Positions 47,961 through 57,971 of a stretch of DNA of 64,000 nt are shown piece after piece (position 1 is the stretch's first letter; each line of letters starts with the position of its first letter). The stretch is from positions 1 through 64,000 of the IMG/VR virus record IMGVR_UViG_3300047548_000491; one strand, written 5' to 3'. The stretch is from an uncultured virus (IMG/VR IMGVR_UViG_3300047548_000491). Its lineage: Duplodnaviria > Heunggongvirae > Uroviricota > Caudoviricetes. Made by a program: the position numbers and the translations under genes. The notes beneath the pieces were generated by a model. The model was not told the DNA's origin. It saw only the letters and a list, made by a program, of their open reading frames with translations, and did no database searches.

Positions 47961-48426
47961 GCAAAACATGTTTGACATTCTTAAAAAGATGTTAGATAAA
48001 ACTAATATCACCGAACTTTCAGAAAAATTGGTGTTAACGACTGAAAGCGGTTATGAATTATTTGGAAAATACGTAATAACACATGTAAATAATCAGTATA
48101 TAGTTTCTGCTCATAAGAGGCACCTGTCACAATCATTTTATACATTAAAAAATGCAGTAATATGGACTACCTTATACGCTAATAATAAGATATCAGATTC
48201 TAAAAGAATTTTAGATTTAGATGTTGCCTTAGAAGGTGCAAACTTTGAAATAAAATTACATGATACTTTAGCCAAAAAAGCTAAATCGTTAGAAGCTAAA
48301 TCAATCCATGCAACCAAAGTTGTAGAAAATAAACACCGAAAATACCTTATAAATCGTGAATTAGCTGAATATGAGGAGAGAGTCAAGAAATGGCAATATA
48401 CTCAGTTCTCTAAGATAACTGCCTAA
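47953..48426 (+). CDS. hypothetical protein
   Basis: GAGGT RBS. Confidence 0.7.
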   Translation: MSEQNMFDILKKMLDKTNITELSEKLVLTTESGYELFGKYVITHVNNQYIVSAHKRHLSQSFYTLKNAVIWTTLYANNKISDSKRILDLDVALEGANFEIKLHDTLAKKAKSLEAKSIHATKVVENKHRKYLINRELAEYEERVKKWQYTQFSKITA

Positions 48427-48476
48427 AAATAATTTAGAAAAAGATAAATACATAATCAGTACTCTAGGACAATACT

Positions 48477-49193
48477 ATGAAACTAACCGAATTTAACGCA
48501 AAACCATTACAAGTCACTAAGAAGGCTCTAAAAGAGCATTTCAATACTGACATGAAATTAGATGGAATGAGTCTATATGACACACAAAGAATGATGAGAA
48601 AAGTAAGCACATTAATGGCTGAAATGCGTCAGTCTTCAAATGGGTTGAATACAGAAAACAATCCGGCATATTTAAAACTAGTGTTCATGGAACAGGCATT
48701 AACTCATCACTACGGTGAACTTAAAGCTCTACCAATGTACAATACTAGAATGGTAGTAGAAAATGAAGAGGTTGAAAAATCTCAAGTTATTCTTGCTGCA
48801 CAAGAAATGGTCGATTCAATTCAAAAAATGGTTGAGCAAGTTTCTGATATGTTAGTCAAAGAGCTACCTGCAGTTGTAGACGGCGTCAATAGTGAAGTCG
48901 GCACACAGCAAGGACAGCAATTCAACACAACCATGACAGAAGCTCTATCTGGATTGCAGGGCGCATTGACACAAGCTAAATCAAGCATTCAAGGTGGTCT
49001 AGGTATTATCACTGGTCAAAGCAGCGATATGGCTGATATGGGTATGGGCGGTGAAATGGGCGGAGAAGCCGATCTAGGTGGCGAAGACATGGAAGATTTA
49101 GGTGGTGAGCAACCTGACGCAGAATTGCCTGAGCTACCTGAAGAACCTGACGAAGACGAGACTGTTGCCGGCGTCGGCCGCGCAATGCGCTAA
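48477..49193 (+). CDS. hypothetical late protein with acidic tail (head or scaffold-like)
   Basis: Starts MKLTEF; D/E/G-rich C-terminus. Confidence 0.65.
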   Translation: MKLTEFNAKPLQVTKKALKEHFNTDMKLDGMSLYDTQRMMRKVSTLMAEMRQSSNGLNTENNPAYLKLVFMEQALTHHYGELKALPMYNTRMVVENEEVEKSQVILAAQEMVDSIQKMVEQVSDMLVKELPAVVDGVNSEVGTQQGQQFNTTMTEALSGLQGALTQAKSSIQGGLGIITGQSSDMADMGMGGEMGGEADLGGEDMEDLGGEQPDAELPELPEEPDEDETVAGVGRAMR

Positions 49194-49196
49194 AAT

Positions 49197-49526
49197 ATGA
49201 GAATTTTTGAATTCGCAGGAGATGATCCTCTTCGTGTTAAATTAGCAGCAATTGCTAAACAATTACAAACACGAGCTATTGAAAAAGATCGTCCGATGGA
49301 CACAGATGAGTTCCTGCGTTTTCTAAATGACAGTGGTATTAGTTTAGAATTATCCGACTTGTTTGATATAGTTCAAAAAGAACCACTGAGTAACATAGTT
49401 CAATCAGTGAACAAGGATCAAGTCATATTCAAAGGACAAAAAGGCGCCGAAACTACAGGGACTACGCCCGATAAATCAGATGCTGAAAAGGTTCGTCAGC
49501 AGATGGCTAGAAAAGCAATGAAATAA
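49197..49526 (+). CDS. hypothetical protein
   Basis: Starts MRIFEF. Confidence 0.7.
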   Translation: MRIFEFAGDDPLRVKLAAIAKQLQTRAIEKDRPMDTDEFLRFLNDSGISLELSDLFDIVQKEPLSNIVQSVNKDQVIFKGQKGAETTGTTPDKSDAEKVRQQMARKAMK

Positions 49527-49570
49527 CCAAATAGATTGTACTATGTAGAAATATATAGTACAATTTTTTT

Positions 49571-50257
49571 ATGTATATTCCTGATAAATTCAAATATGTT
49601 GCTATTAATAGAATTGACACTCCTGAGGGTCGAAGATACGCAACTCCCGACGGTGAAAAACTTCCTAGCGTTACAACTATATTAGACGCAACTAAATCTG
49701 AAGAATCTAAAAAAGCACTACAAGAATGGCGCAATAGAGTAGGACATAAACAAGCACAAGCAATTACTACAGAAGCAGCTGGCCGCGGCACACGAATGCA
49801 TAAGTGGCTAGAGAACTATGTAAAGACAGGAGAAACAGGTGAGCCCGGAAGCAATCCATACAGTATCCAAAGCCATAAAATGGCGCAATCTATTATCTAT
49901 CAGGGACTATCTAAATGTAATGAGTTCTGGGGTACAGAAGTTCCTCTCTATTTTCCTAAAGTATATGCCGGAACAACTGACTTGGTTGGCGTTCATGACG
50001 GTAGTCCTGCTATCATGGATCACAAACAAGCTAACAAACCAAAGAAAAAAGAATGGATCTCTGATTACTTTATTCAATTAGCAGCCTATGCTAACGCACA
50101 CAATGAAGTACACGGGACTGACATTCGAAAAGGTGTCATTTTCATGTGTACCGCAGATAATAAATACCAAGAGTTTATAATTGAGGGTTCTGAGTTCGAC
50201 CACTGGACTAATGAATGGTTTAAACGTGTAGAGAAATTCTACATGCAGTTCTTATAA
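49571..50257 (+). CDS. PD-(D/E)xK exonuclease
   Basis: PSVTTIL, RGT.MH, AGTTD, DHK, QLAAY. Confidence 0.88.
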   Translation: MYIPDKFKYVAINRIDTPEGRRYATPDGEKLPSVTTILDATKSEESKKALQEWRNRVGHKQAQAITTEAAGRGTRMHKWLENYVKTGETGEPGSNPYSIQSHKMAQSIIYQGLSKCNEFWGTEVPLYFPKVYAGTTDLVGVHDGSPAIMDHKQANKPKKKEWISDYFIQLAAYANAHNEVHGTDIRKGVIFMCTADNKYQEFIIEGSEFDHWTNEWFKRVEKFYMQFL

Positions 50258-50294
50258 TTCGAGATAAATAGTATAATCAAATAAAGATTATACT

Positions 50295-51533
50295 ATGGCT
50301 ATCGTACAAATATCTAAAGTTCAAGCAAGAACAGGCGCAAACGTTGATTTACCACAATTAGATGTGGGGGAATTAGGTTACGCAACGGATGAAGGTAAAT
50401 TATATATCGGAAATGATCCAGCAGAACCACTGCCGACCATTGATGGTAAATATATTTCTGAAATTCTAACGACTACATCATCACTTGACTTTTCAAGATT
50501 AAACGGTTCTGATAACGTGTCAATGGACATGACTAGCGTAAGTTCAGGTGAGTTATTAGGAATTAGTGTATCTGGGAATATTGCTACAGTAGTTAATGTA
50601 GGTGGTGATGCCGGCGGCGAGATTAACTTAGGGGATGCTAGTAACGTCAAAATTTCAGGTAACGGTGTCGTTGGTGGCTATGTCCTAGCAAGTGACGGAA
50701 ATGGTGGACTAACTTGGGTAACTAACGGTGTTTTAAAATCAGTTATTCAGTCTATCGGAAACGCAAGTGGTACGGCGTTGTTTACTACGCAAGGTGATCA
50801 CTTATTCGGTACTGGTACAATTTGTTCAGTAACAAATATTCAGCCATCAGGTGTCCAGGGTATTATTCAAGTATCAGGGGTTGACGATAGTAATAAATTT
50901 TATGTTAACCGCAGATCAAGTAATACATTCTCCTTGCACAAAGCTGCCAATGCAATGGCGGGTAATTTACCATACGATATTCAATTCGCTAACTATACTG
51001 CAAATAGTGGTTCAATAGTTGGCATGATAACACCTAGTGGAAACATAAGTATTGCCGGTACTAGCAATACTCAACTATTTTTTAATGACACTGGAGCTAC
51101 AATAGGTGGTAGTAGTAATCTAACATTTAACAAAACCACATCAGTTTTAACGCTAATTGGTAACATAACAACCACTAATGCTAATTTAGGTAATGCTGCA
51201 ACTGCGAATTATTTCATTGGTTCGTTTAGGGGTGCAGTTGGTAATGCAGCGACCGCTAACGCCGGAACTTTTACTACAGTAATAGCTAACAATAGTACAG
51301 TTTCAGGAAATATTGATGTAGGTGGAAATTTAGATGTAACTGGAAACATTACATTTGATTCTAGTTCAGGTGCTAATGTTACTGCAACCGGATTTATGCA
51401 GCTTCCTGTATATGCCGACGATACAGCACGTGATGCAGCTATCTTATCCCCTTCAGAGGGTATGATGATTTTCAATCAGTCCGGCGCCAAGTTTCAAGGA
51501 TATGACGGTACTGATTGGGTAAATCTCAATTAA
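50295..51533 (+). CDS. tail fibre-like protein
   Basis: LDVGELGYATDEGKLYIG; fibre repeats; C-terminal GMMIFN...FQGYDGTDW. Confidence 0.7.
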   Translation: MAIVQISKVQARTGANVDLPQLDVGELGYATDEGKLYIGNDPAEPLPTIDGKYISEILTTTSSLDFSRLNGSDNVSMDMTSVSSGELLGISVSGNIATVVNVGGDAGGEINLGDASNVKISGNGVVGGYVLASDGNGGLTWVTNGVLKSVIQSIGNASGTALFTTQGDHLFGTGTICSVTNIQPSGVQGIIQVSGVDDSNKFYVNRRSSNTFSLHKAANAMAGNLPYDIQFANYTANSGSIVGMITPSGNISIAGTSNTQLFFNDTGATIGGSSNLTFNKTTSVLTLIGNITTTNANLGNAATANYFIGSFRGAVGNAATANAGTFTTVIANNSTVSGNIDVGGNLDVTGNITFDSSSGANVTATGFMQLPVYADDTARDAAILSPSEGMMIFNQSGAKFQGYDGTDWVNLN

Positions 51534-51552
51534 ACAGATAAATATATAATAC

Positions 51553-51606
51553 ACTCTTAATTCTGAGAGTTTATGCGGTCCCCGCCGCGTAGTGGCTAGA
51601 ACCCAC
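51553..51606 (+). ncRNA. candidate structured 5' leader RNA (three hairpins)
   Basis: ACTCTTA/TGAGAGT, TATGCGG/CCGCGTA, GTGG/CCAC between a late promoter and AAGGAG. Confidence 0.45.
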
Positions 51607-51626
51607 AACTAACAAGGAGAAAACAA

Positions 51627-52487
51627 ATGGGACGCCCAATTAAAGCAAATAAATGGAATGGATCAACCAACATCGACTATGGTTATCCTAACGACGGTAC
51701 TACCGATAATGGCTACGATACAGATAAACCAGGTGTAGTAATCGGAGACCCTGAGGATAGATGGGAAATTGTACAATCATATGTATGTATTAAAGTAAAT
51801 GGATTAGGAACTATCACTACTGATTCCACTGCCACCACAGTTACCGGTACAGGTACAAACTTTACTGGACTACTTTTAGGCGGTGCTAAACTTTACACAT
51901 CTGCAGGAGTGTATATCGGTACCGTTGATTCAGTAACCGATGACGGTGAACTAGAATTAGCAGCAAACGCAGAAGTGGATGTTACTGACAGTGCCTTCTA
52001 CTATGGTGATGCAGACAGTGAAGGTATAATTCTTCGTCAAAAAGGTAAAAGAAAGTTTTTAGTAGCTAGAAGGGACAATATCCAAGATGAATATATCGTA
52101 GCAGGCAATACATATTTCATTGATACTGTCGGTAATACTGATTGGGAAGCATTAGGAGCCGGAGTAGGCGCAGGGTACGGAAAAGTGTTTACTGCTACTG
52201 CAAACGGTACAGGTCTTGGAACAGACGGCTCAGTGTACAATGTAGGTATATGCTCATTAGTCGATACCACTGATTCAACTGAATTAGAGCCCGGAGAAAT
52301 GTACATTTCTTACTACGATCCAGTACAAGACGATACTTATGCTGCAAGTGAACTTACTAACCATTGGTTAAGACCGTGGGGTGCTCAAGCTTCCGCAACC
52401 AAGTATGTTGCACAATTGACTGACTCTAGTTCAACACCTGATCCAGCTACAGGATATACAAGTGTTGACGTTAATGATTGGGATTAA
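51627..52487 (+). CDS. putative virion protein
   Basis: MGRPIK, IILRQKGKRKFLV; late promoter; terminator downstream. Confidence 0.65.
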   Translation: MGRPIKANKWNGSTNIDYGYPNDGTTDNGYDTDKPGVVIGDPEDRWEIVQSYVCIKVNGLGTITTDSTATTVTGTGTNFTGLLLGGAKLYTSAGVYIGTVDSVTDDGELELAANAEVDVTDSAFYYGDADSEGIILRQKGKRKFLVARRDNIQDEYIVAGNTYFIDTVGNTDWEALGAGVGAGYGKVFTATANGTGLGTDGSVYNVGICSLVDTTDSTELEPGEMYISYYDPVQDDTYAASELTNHWLRPWGAQASATKYVAQLTDSSSTPDPATGYTSVDVNDWD

Positions 52488-52505
52488 TAAATCTCATTTG
52501 ACAAC

Positions 52506-52533
52506 AAAAAAGCCGCATTATGCGGCTTTTTTT
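52506..52533. terminator. bidirectional terminator between convergent genes
   Basis: AAAAAAGCCGCA-TTA-TGCGGCTTTTTT. Confidence 0.8.
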
Positions 52534-52931
52534 ATTAGTACTTTTAATTTTTCTTGTACTATATCAAAGTTAATCGTATTGAACAATCCCGGATGTAATG
52601 GTTTAGGGTATTGTCCTGATTCTACCCAAGCATATCCGCAATGCTCATCGTTTAATTTAGGAATAAATTCATCTTCAATTTCACAAAAGAATGTGTGATA
52701 CACAAATGAATGATTAATAAATTTTTGAATAGGTATTAATTTAGCTTTAAGGGGGAAGTAACCTATTTCTTCTTCACACTCTCTTTGAATACCTTCAATC
52801 AAAGTTTCATTATCTTCTATTTTGCCACCAGGAATTCCCCAATTACCTGGATTCTTTTTATCTGTTCTTAGTAGGAACAAGAATCTTTCAGTATTTTTTG
52901 AATAAAAGAAAACGCCGGCTGAAGTATTCAT
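52518..52931 (-). CDS. Nudix hydrolase
   Basis: GGKIEDNETLIEGIQRECEEEIG. Confidence 0.92.
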   Translation of the reverse strand: MNTSAGVFFYSKNTERFLFLLRTDKKNPGNWGIPGGKIEDNETLIEGIQRECEEEIGYFPLKAKLIPIQKFINHSFVYHTFFCEIEDEFIPKLNDEHCGYAWVESGQYPKPLHPGLFNTINFDIVQEKLKVLIKKAA

Positions 52932-52949
52932 ACTATCATTTATCTTAAT

Positions 52950-54323
52950 TTAGATAACGATAGAATAATCTCCTTCACCATACCATCCCTCATATGATTT
53001 CATCCACATTCCTTCTGCATATCTATATTGAACTCTAGTAGTTAAGTTTAATACATATTGCACATCCGTTAATAATGTACTGTCAAAACTGACAAACCAA
53101 TTGGTTCCATCATATTCAATAATATCATTCGCAACAGCAACTAAATCACCCCACGCTATTGTTCCCGGGAAGTTAACATCATTGCTACCTATGTCTTCTA
53201 CTATCAAGTAGCGTTGCCCTGCTTCTGCGGGCGGTAAGTTATTGCCCGGACTTTTTTGTTGAGGATTAATGATACTATCTACTGGTTCTAACGTGTTCTC
53301 CGGTAAAGTATCCGGGTCAATATTGTATATTAGTAATCTGTCATCTGTCGGATTAAATGTAATAGTGCCTGCAATTTCAGTACTCATATACGGATTCTGT
53401 AACCATATCTGACTTATTCCCGGTCTTACAGTGCCGTATACTTGCAAAACACTTTGCCAATACACACTAGTGTTTGGATTAGTCGGTAAATCAGTTGATG
53501 CATTATTTGGATTGAATGGTTGATTAGCAGGTAGAATTTGAAGACTATTTCCAACTAATAATAACTTGTATCCATATGGAGTAATCTTTTGTCTGGTACC
53601 TAATAATAAATCATCATCTTGCATGTCCGATATTGCTTTACCCTTAAAGATACTTGCAATAATCTTGTGAATAACACCCATCTTTGTAATTTTAGCACTA
53701 GAACTAATCCAGATTGGCATGTAGAATTTCCAAGACAGTACATCTATCGGATTTCCTGAACCTTGAGGTATCTGTCTGCTAGTAAAAGTTAATCCATCCT
53801 GGTATACTACGCTTAGAGATGTCCAGTCAATAAAGTTATCTGTACTTTGTAATTCCATACTCGGGTTAAACAACACACCTAACTGTTCAATCAATTCTAA
53901 TTTTTGCAAATAGTTAGTTGTCCAGAAATCCACTGTGATACGTAATGTATACGGTACTGGCATGATTCTTTGTACACCAAACGCCTCGCCTTGGGTAGTT
54001 TCATATGTTCCTGTTTCTTGATTGAATGTACGCTGACGTACAGATAATTTGTCGATAAAAAATGGGTCTTGTGTTCTTTTTTGATCGTATTCTAAACCGC
54101 TAATGTAATATGTAATTAACGGAGCACTAGGTAAACTGCTAGCACTGTTGCCTGCAATTTGCGTAGCTGCCATTCTACTGCTATCACCGTACATGATAGG
54201 TACCCTAACAAGAATATTATTACCTGCAGGATCCTTACCTTTAGTAACTTGCCAGTTGCTAAAAATACGTGCGAACTGAAGTAAAAAACGCTTTATCTGA
54301 TTGTCATAAAAATAATTTGCCAT
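52950..54323 (-). CDS. tail completion/sheath stabiliser (gp15-like) with C-terminal extension
   Basis: YFYDNQIKRFLLQFARIFS, VPIMYG, PVPY, EQL..LFNP. Confidence 0.65.
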   Translation of the reverse strand: MANYFYDNQIKRFLLQFARIFSNWQVTKGKDPAGNNILVRVPIMYGDSSRMAATQIAGNSASSLPSAPLITYYISGLEYDQKRTQDPFFIDKLSVRQRTFNQETGTYETTQGEAFGVQRIMPVPYTLRITVDFWTTNYLQKLELIEQLGVLFNPSMELQSTDNFIDWTSLSVVYQDGLTFTSRQIPQGSGNPIDVLSWKFYMPIWISSSAKITKMGVIHKIIASIFKGKAISDMQDDDLLLGTRQKITPYGYKLLLVGNSLQILPANQPFNPNNASTDLPTNPNTSVYWQSVLQVYGTVRPGISQIWLQNPYMSTEIAGTITFNPTDDRLLIYNIDPDTLPENTLEPVDSIINPQQKSPGNNLPPAEAGQRYLIVEDIGSNDVNFPGTIAWGDLVAVANDIIEYDGTNWFVSFDSTLLTDVQYVLNLTTRVQYRYAEGMWMKSYEGWYGEGDYSIVI

Positions 54324-54331
54324 TGTCTTCC

Positions 54332-56236
54332 TTAATCTGGAACTATACTGAATAATGTACTTAGTGGTTGCTGTGACGGAACTACAGTACCGTCAGTTAG
54401 CACTAGTGTCTGTTCATTATTAATGAACGAAGACAATTGATTTTGTTCGCTAGGTATCGTAGAGTCAAACGCAACACCTGCTCTATTGCTAATACCAATT
54501 CTTACCCATAGTGTGCCATCCCAACGATATAGTAAGTTAGGTAGATAGTCAACTCGTAAGAAATAATCACCTACGTTAGGATTTACTGGGAATGTAATAC
54601 CTGATCCAACCGGTAATCCGTTAGGAGCAGTACCGTCACCTATTAGATACCCATCTGTGTATCCAAAATCTCTAGGACTTACCCTCGCAATAAACACAAA
54701 TCTAGGATCACTATCCGCTCTAAAATCCATTTGTTGTGTAACAGTATATGTAAAGCTAGGTGCAATTTGAATAGCAGTTCCTGCAGGCATGAGCTGAAGT
54801 GTAGGATTGTTAACTGTAATAACGCTGTTTACAAAATCTACACTCACTACTCTAGTATCTGGTGGGAATACAGATAATACTGTACCGTTGGAAGTCGTTA
54901 ACGTTGCAGCAACATCTACTTCTGGCCAAGGATCTTGCTGAGGTGTAAATGCTTGGCAAGGTATTACTGTACTTCCTATAGGGACTTCTAATGAAGTTAA
55001 TTCAAATGATGGGAAATTATCAGCAGTCGAGTAGGTATTATCAGCAGTGCCGTAAGGTCCTGTAATATCACCCATTGATTTTGCTGTTAATACTAGTGTT
55101 CCATCAACTTGACCTGAACCAGTCTCCGTCCTTTCAGGAGCTAATTTCCCCGTGCTTAATGACAAGTTAAGAAACTTTCTTAGAGCATCACTTTCATTAG
55201 ATGTTAATTTTTCTAATTTTTTTCTTGCTTCTGCACCAATACGCAACACTGGACTAGGGACTCTATATAAAGGACTAGTGACCATGAAAACTTCAGCCCT
55301 AATTGGTTCTGGGTTTCCGGGTGTTATTACTACGTTTACTGGTGGTGCTGGTTGATTATTTTCATATGTAGGTACTAGGTATAACTGACTTCTATCATAT
55401 CCTGCTTGAGGTAGAATACGTCTAGCTTCTTCTATTACTGCGTTATTGATTTCAATGTTTTTGTTATAACGACCTAAGATATCACGTAGATTGTCCGCAG
55501 GATCTAGTTCCCAATAATTAGGATCAGTTGGTGCGATTCCTGCTGGTACAGGACCTTTTGGTCTATATGTTTTGTCCCCGTATGTTACAGTATATCCAGG
55601 TACATATGTTTTAGTAGGATCCCAGTCACCTAGATAATTGTCTTGGTCTATTGGTTGACTTAGAATGTTACTAAATTCTTGACTGTCAACCAATGGTTCG
55701 CACTTGATTCTCCAAAGATGTGGGTACCAAGTTTGACTGAAACCCTCACTTGCATAATTTGCATCAGTAATTTGATAATATCTACGTAAACCTACAGGGA
55801 TAGATTCATTTAATGGATGATAATCAGTTAAATGTGGTAATTCAAGTACATCACCTACCATTAACTTGCGCCCAATTAAATCTATCATTTCGTTATAATG
55901 TACAGTAATGAAAATAATATCGTTATTTAAAAATAATCCAAATTGACTTAAATCAAAATCTAAATTTTGTACATTATAATGACCGCGAATTCTGTAAATA
56001 CTAGTTTCATATTTTCTGTCACGGTTTTCCAGGAATAATAAATCTTGAATATTAGTGGGGTCTAATTGGTCATATTGTGGTAATGTAGCATCTTGACTGG
56101 GTCCAGTATTAGGTACACCTAAATATTTGTGAATATATAAATCCGTGCCTCCCACGACTAATTGTTCTTTGACTATTCTATCTAAGAACTTATAATCCTT
56201 AGTTTTTTCGGGACGATATAATGATATTCTAGGCAT
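54332..56236 (-). CDS. neck protein (gp14-like) with long extension
   Basis: DLLFLENRDRKY, LSQFGLF, GDVLELP. Confidence 0.6.
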   Translation of the reverse strand: MPRISLYRPEKTKDYKFLDRIVKEQLVVGGTDLYIHKYLGVPNTGPSQDATLPQYDQLDPTNIQDLLFLENRDRKYETSIYRIRGHYNVQNLDFDLSQFGLFLNNDIIFITVHYNEMIDLIGRKLMVGDVLELPHLTDYHPLNESIPVGLRRYYQITDANYASEGFSQTWYPHLWRIKCEPLVDSQEFSNILSQPIDQDNYLGDWDPTKTYVPGYTVTYGDKTYRPKGPVPAGIAPTDPNYWELDPADNLRDILGRYNKNIEINNAVIEEARRILPQAGYDRSQLYLVPTYENNQPAPPVNVVITPGNPEPIRAEVFMVTSPLYRVPSPVLRIGAEARKKLEKLTSNESDALRKFLNLSLSTGKLAPERTETGSGQVDGTLVLTAKSMGDITGPYGTADNTYSTADNFPSFELTSLEVPIGSTVIPCQAFTPQQDPWPEVDVAATLTTSNGTVLSVFPPDTRVVSVDFVNSVITVNNPTLQLMPAGTAIQIAPSFTYTVTQQMDFRADSDPRFVFIARVSPRDFGYTDGYLIGDGTAPNGLPVGSGITFPVNPNVGDYFLRVDYLPNLLYRWDGTLWVRIGISNRAGVAFDSTIPSEQNQLSSFINNEQTLVLTDGTVVPSQQPLSTLFSIVPD

Positions 56237-56287
56237 GATTAAATCCGTTTACTTACTATTTATGACAAAAGTATTACCGTAATTCTA

Positions 56288-56316
56288 TTGACAATAATTG
56301 GACATGGCTATACAAT
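56288..56316 (+). promoter_or_regulatory. sigma70-type early promoter
   Basis: TTGACAATAATT...TACAAT, 17-nt spacer. Confidence 0.8.
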
Positions 56317-56340
56317 ACATACATTGTTTAAGGAGAAGTT

Positions 56341-57504
56341 ATGGCAACCCGCAAGCCTAAAAAGACAGCCGATCATTTTATCAAAGCACTAAATCCCCGA
56401 GACCCTGATACAAAGTATATGGGGGACGAGCCGTTCTTTGCCCTCCAGCCTGATTCAGGTTATCGTGGGGTAGCACTTGCACGTAGCTTCAATTGGTATA
56501 ACCGTTTTTATAGCAAAAAAGATGCTAAAGAATTGATTTCTCAATATCTGGAACATCACGACCGGCATGATGACGCTAAAAAAATGCGTAAGGTCGATGA
56601 CAAAGAATTCCTAATGACACTGTGTTGGCTTGCAAGAATGACTTTGCGCGGCCTTGAACTTACCGAACATGAAGAAGCCACATTGGAAAATGAAATTAGT
56701 CGATTGCTGAAATTGGTTGCCAAACCAGTTGTAGTTGAAAAAGTAGAAGACAAGCCTGTGATTTCTCGCCCCAACATTCAGGATATTATGCGAGACAAAG
56801 CACGTGAGGCTGCAGGCGAACTTGAAGGTATGTTTGATGAATTTGTTGCTACTGGAAAGGTATCTGACAAGACAGTTGATGTGGTTGCAAGATTCAATGT
56901 GATGCCTCAACACATTCCACTGATTGTTGAATTCTGGAAGCGTAAGCAGGAAGAATTTGAAGTCCTGCAAGAAGGTAATGATAAAGATATCAAAGAAGCA
57001 TACAGTTTTCTGGGCAAAATTCAAGTACGAAACATTCTGAAATTTATTGATCAGGTACTGGGTGATTTGAATAGTTACATTTCTATTAAGAAAGCAAGCA
57101 AAGCTCCTCGTAAGAAGAAGGCTGTACCGATCGAAAAGGTTGTAGCTAAACTTAAGTATCTCAAAGAATTTAAAGACCCTGCAAACAAACTGGATCTCGT
57201 CAGTGTACATCCTACTAAATTGCATGGTGCAAGTGAGGCGTGGGTTTATGACACTGCGAAACGTAAACTCCACCACTACATTGCGGATGAGTACAGCAAA
57301 ACCTTCACTGTCAAAGGTAATACTATTCTCGGCTTTGATACAAACAAATCTGAGATTAAAACACTGCGTAAGCCCGGTGAACAAATCAAAGAAGTAATGG
57401 GTTCAAAACCCGCGGCTCGCAAATTCTTTGCAGATATTAAAGCGGTTGCTACTACACCCAATGGTCGCTTTAATGAGAACATGCTGATTTTGAAGGCGTT
57501 TTAA
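56341..57504 (+). CDS. early hypothetical protein
   Basis: AAGGAG RBS; 387 aa, Lys-rich. Confidence 0.85.
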   Translation: MATRKPKKTADHFIKALNPRDPDTKYMGDEPFFALQPDSGYRGVALARSFNWYNRFYSKKDAKELISQYLEHHDRHDDAKKMRKVDDKEFLMTLCWLARMTLRGLELTEHEEATLENEISRLLKLVAKPVVVEKVEDKPVISRPNIQDIMRDKAREAAGELEGMFDEFVATGKVSDKTVDVVARFNVMPQHIPLIVEFWKRKQEEFEVLQEGNDKDIKEAYSFLGKIQVRNILKFIDQVLGDLNSYISIKKASKAPRKKKAVPIEKVVAKLKYLKEFKDPANKLDLVSVHPTKLHGASEAWVYDTAKRKLHHYIADEYSKTFTVKGNTILGFDTNKSEIKTLRKPGEQIKEVMGSKPAARKFFADIKAVATTPNGRFNENMLILKAF

Positions 57505-57505
57505 T

Positions 57506-57730
57506 ATGATTACAGGAGCCCTTTGGTATACAGGTAGCCACTGCATTGGTATTGTTCAAGTCGTTCAAGGCCACCAAGTAGAAGAATATCGACAAACCGG
57601 CGAAGCAGAATTTAAGTACTACATTGGTGTAGGTTTGGGTCAGGAAGAAAAATCTGATGCCCAGTATATTGCAGATTACGGCATGCCTTTTGACAAGGTC
57701 GCAGGTGATTCGTTATTCAGAGTAAATTAA
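57506..57730 (+). CDS. hypothetical protein
   Basis: Operon packing; KYYIG. Confidence 0.7.
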   Translation: MITGALWYTGSHCIGIVQVVQGHQVEEYRQTGEAEFKYYIGVGLGQEEKSDAQYIADYGMPFDKVAGDSLFRVN

Positions 57731-57740
57731 GGAGATAAAA

Positions 57741-57971
57741 ATGAAAGTTAGTAAAACAGATATGATTGTAAAAGATGAAAAAGCATTTAGGTTGCGTGTA
57801 CGTCACTGGAAGGCAGATAACCCATCTGATCTAAATGCTATTGAATTTGTTCAGGAATGCATCGGTAAAGACGGCGAAGTTGACTTCACTTCAACTTACC
57901 AGTACAATCTAACCAATGATGATTTAAAACAATTGGCCATCACAATGTCCAGACTAGCAGAAAGCGCATAA
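57741..57971 (+). CDS. hypothetical protein
   Basis: TAAGGAG RBS. Confidence 0.75.
   Translation: MKVSKTDMIVKDEKAFRLRVRHWKADNPSDLNAIEFVQECIGKDGEVDFTSTYQYNLTNDDLKQLAITMSRLAESA

Noticed and set aside
49571..50257. Cas4 of a CRISPR system
   Set aside because: No Fe-S cysteine cluster and no array; this is a typical phage PD-(D/E)xK nuclease.
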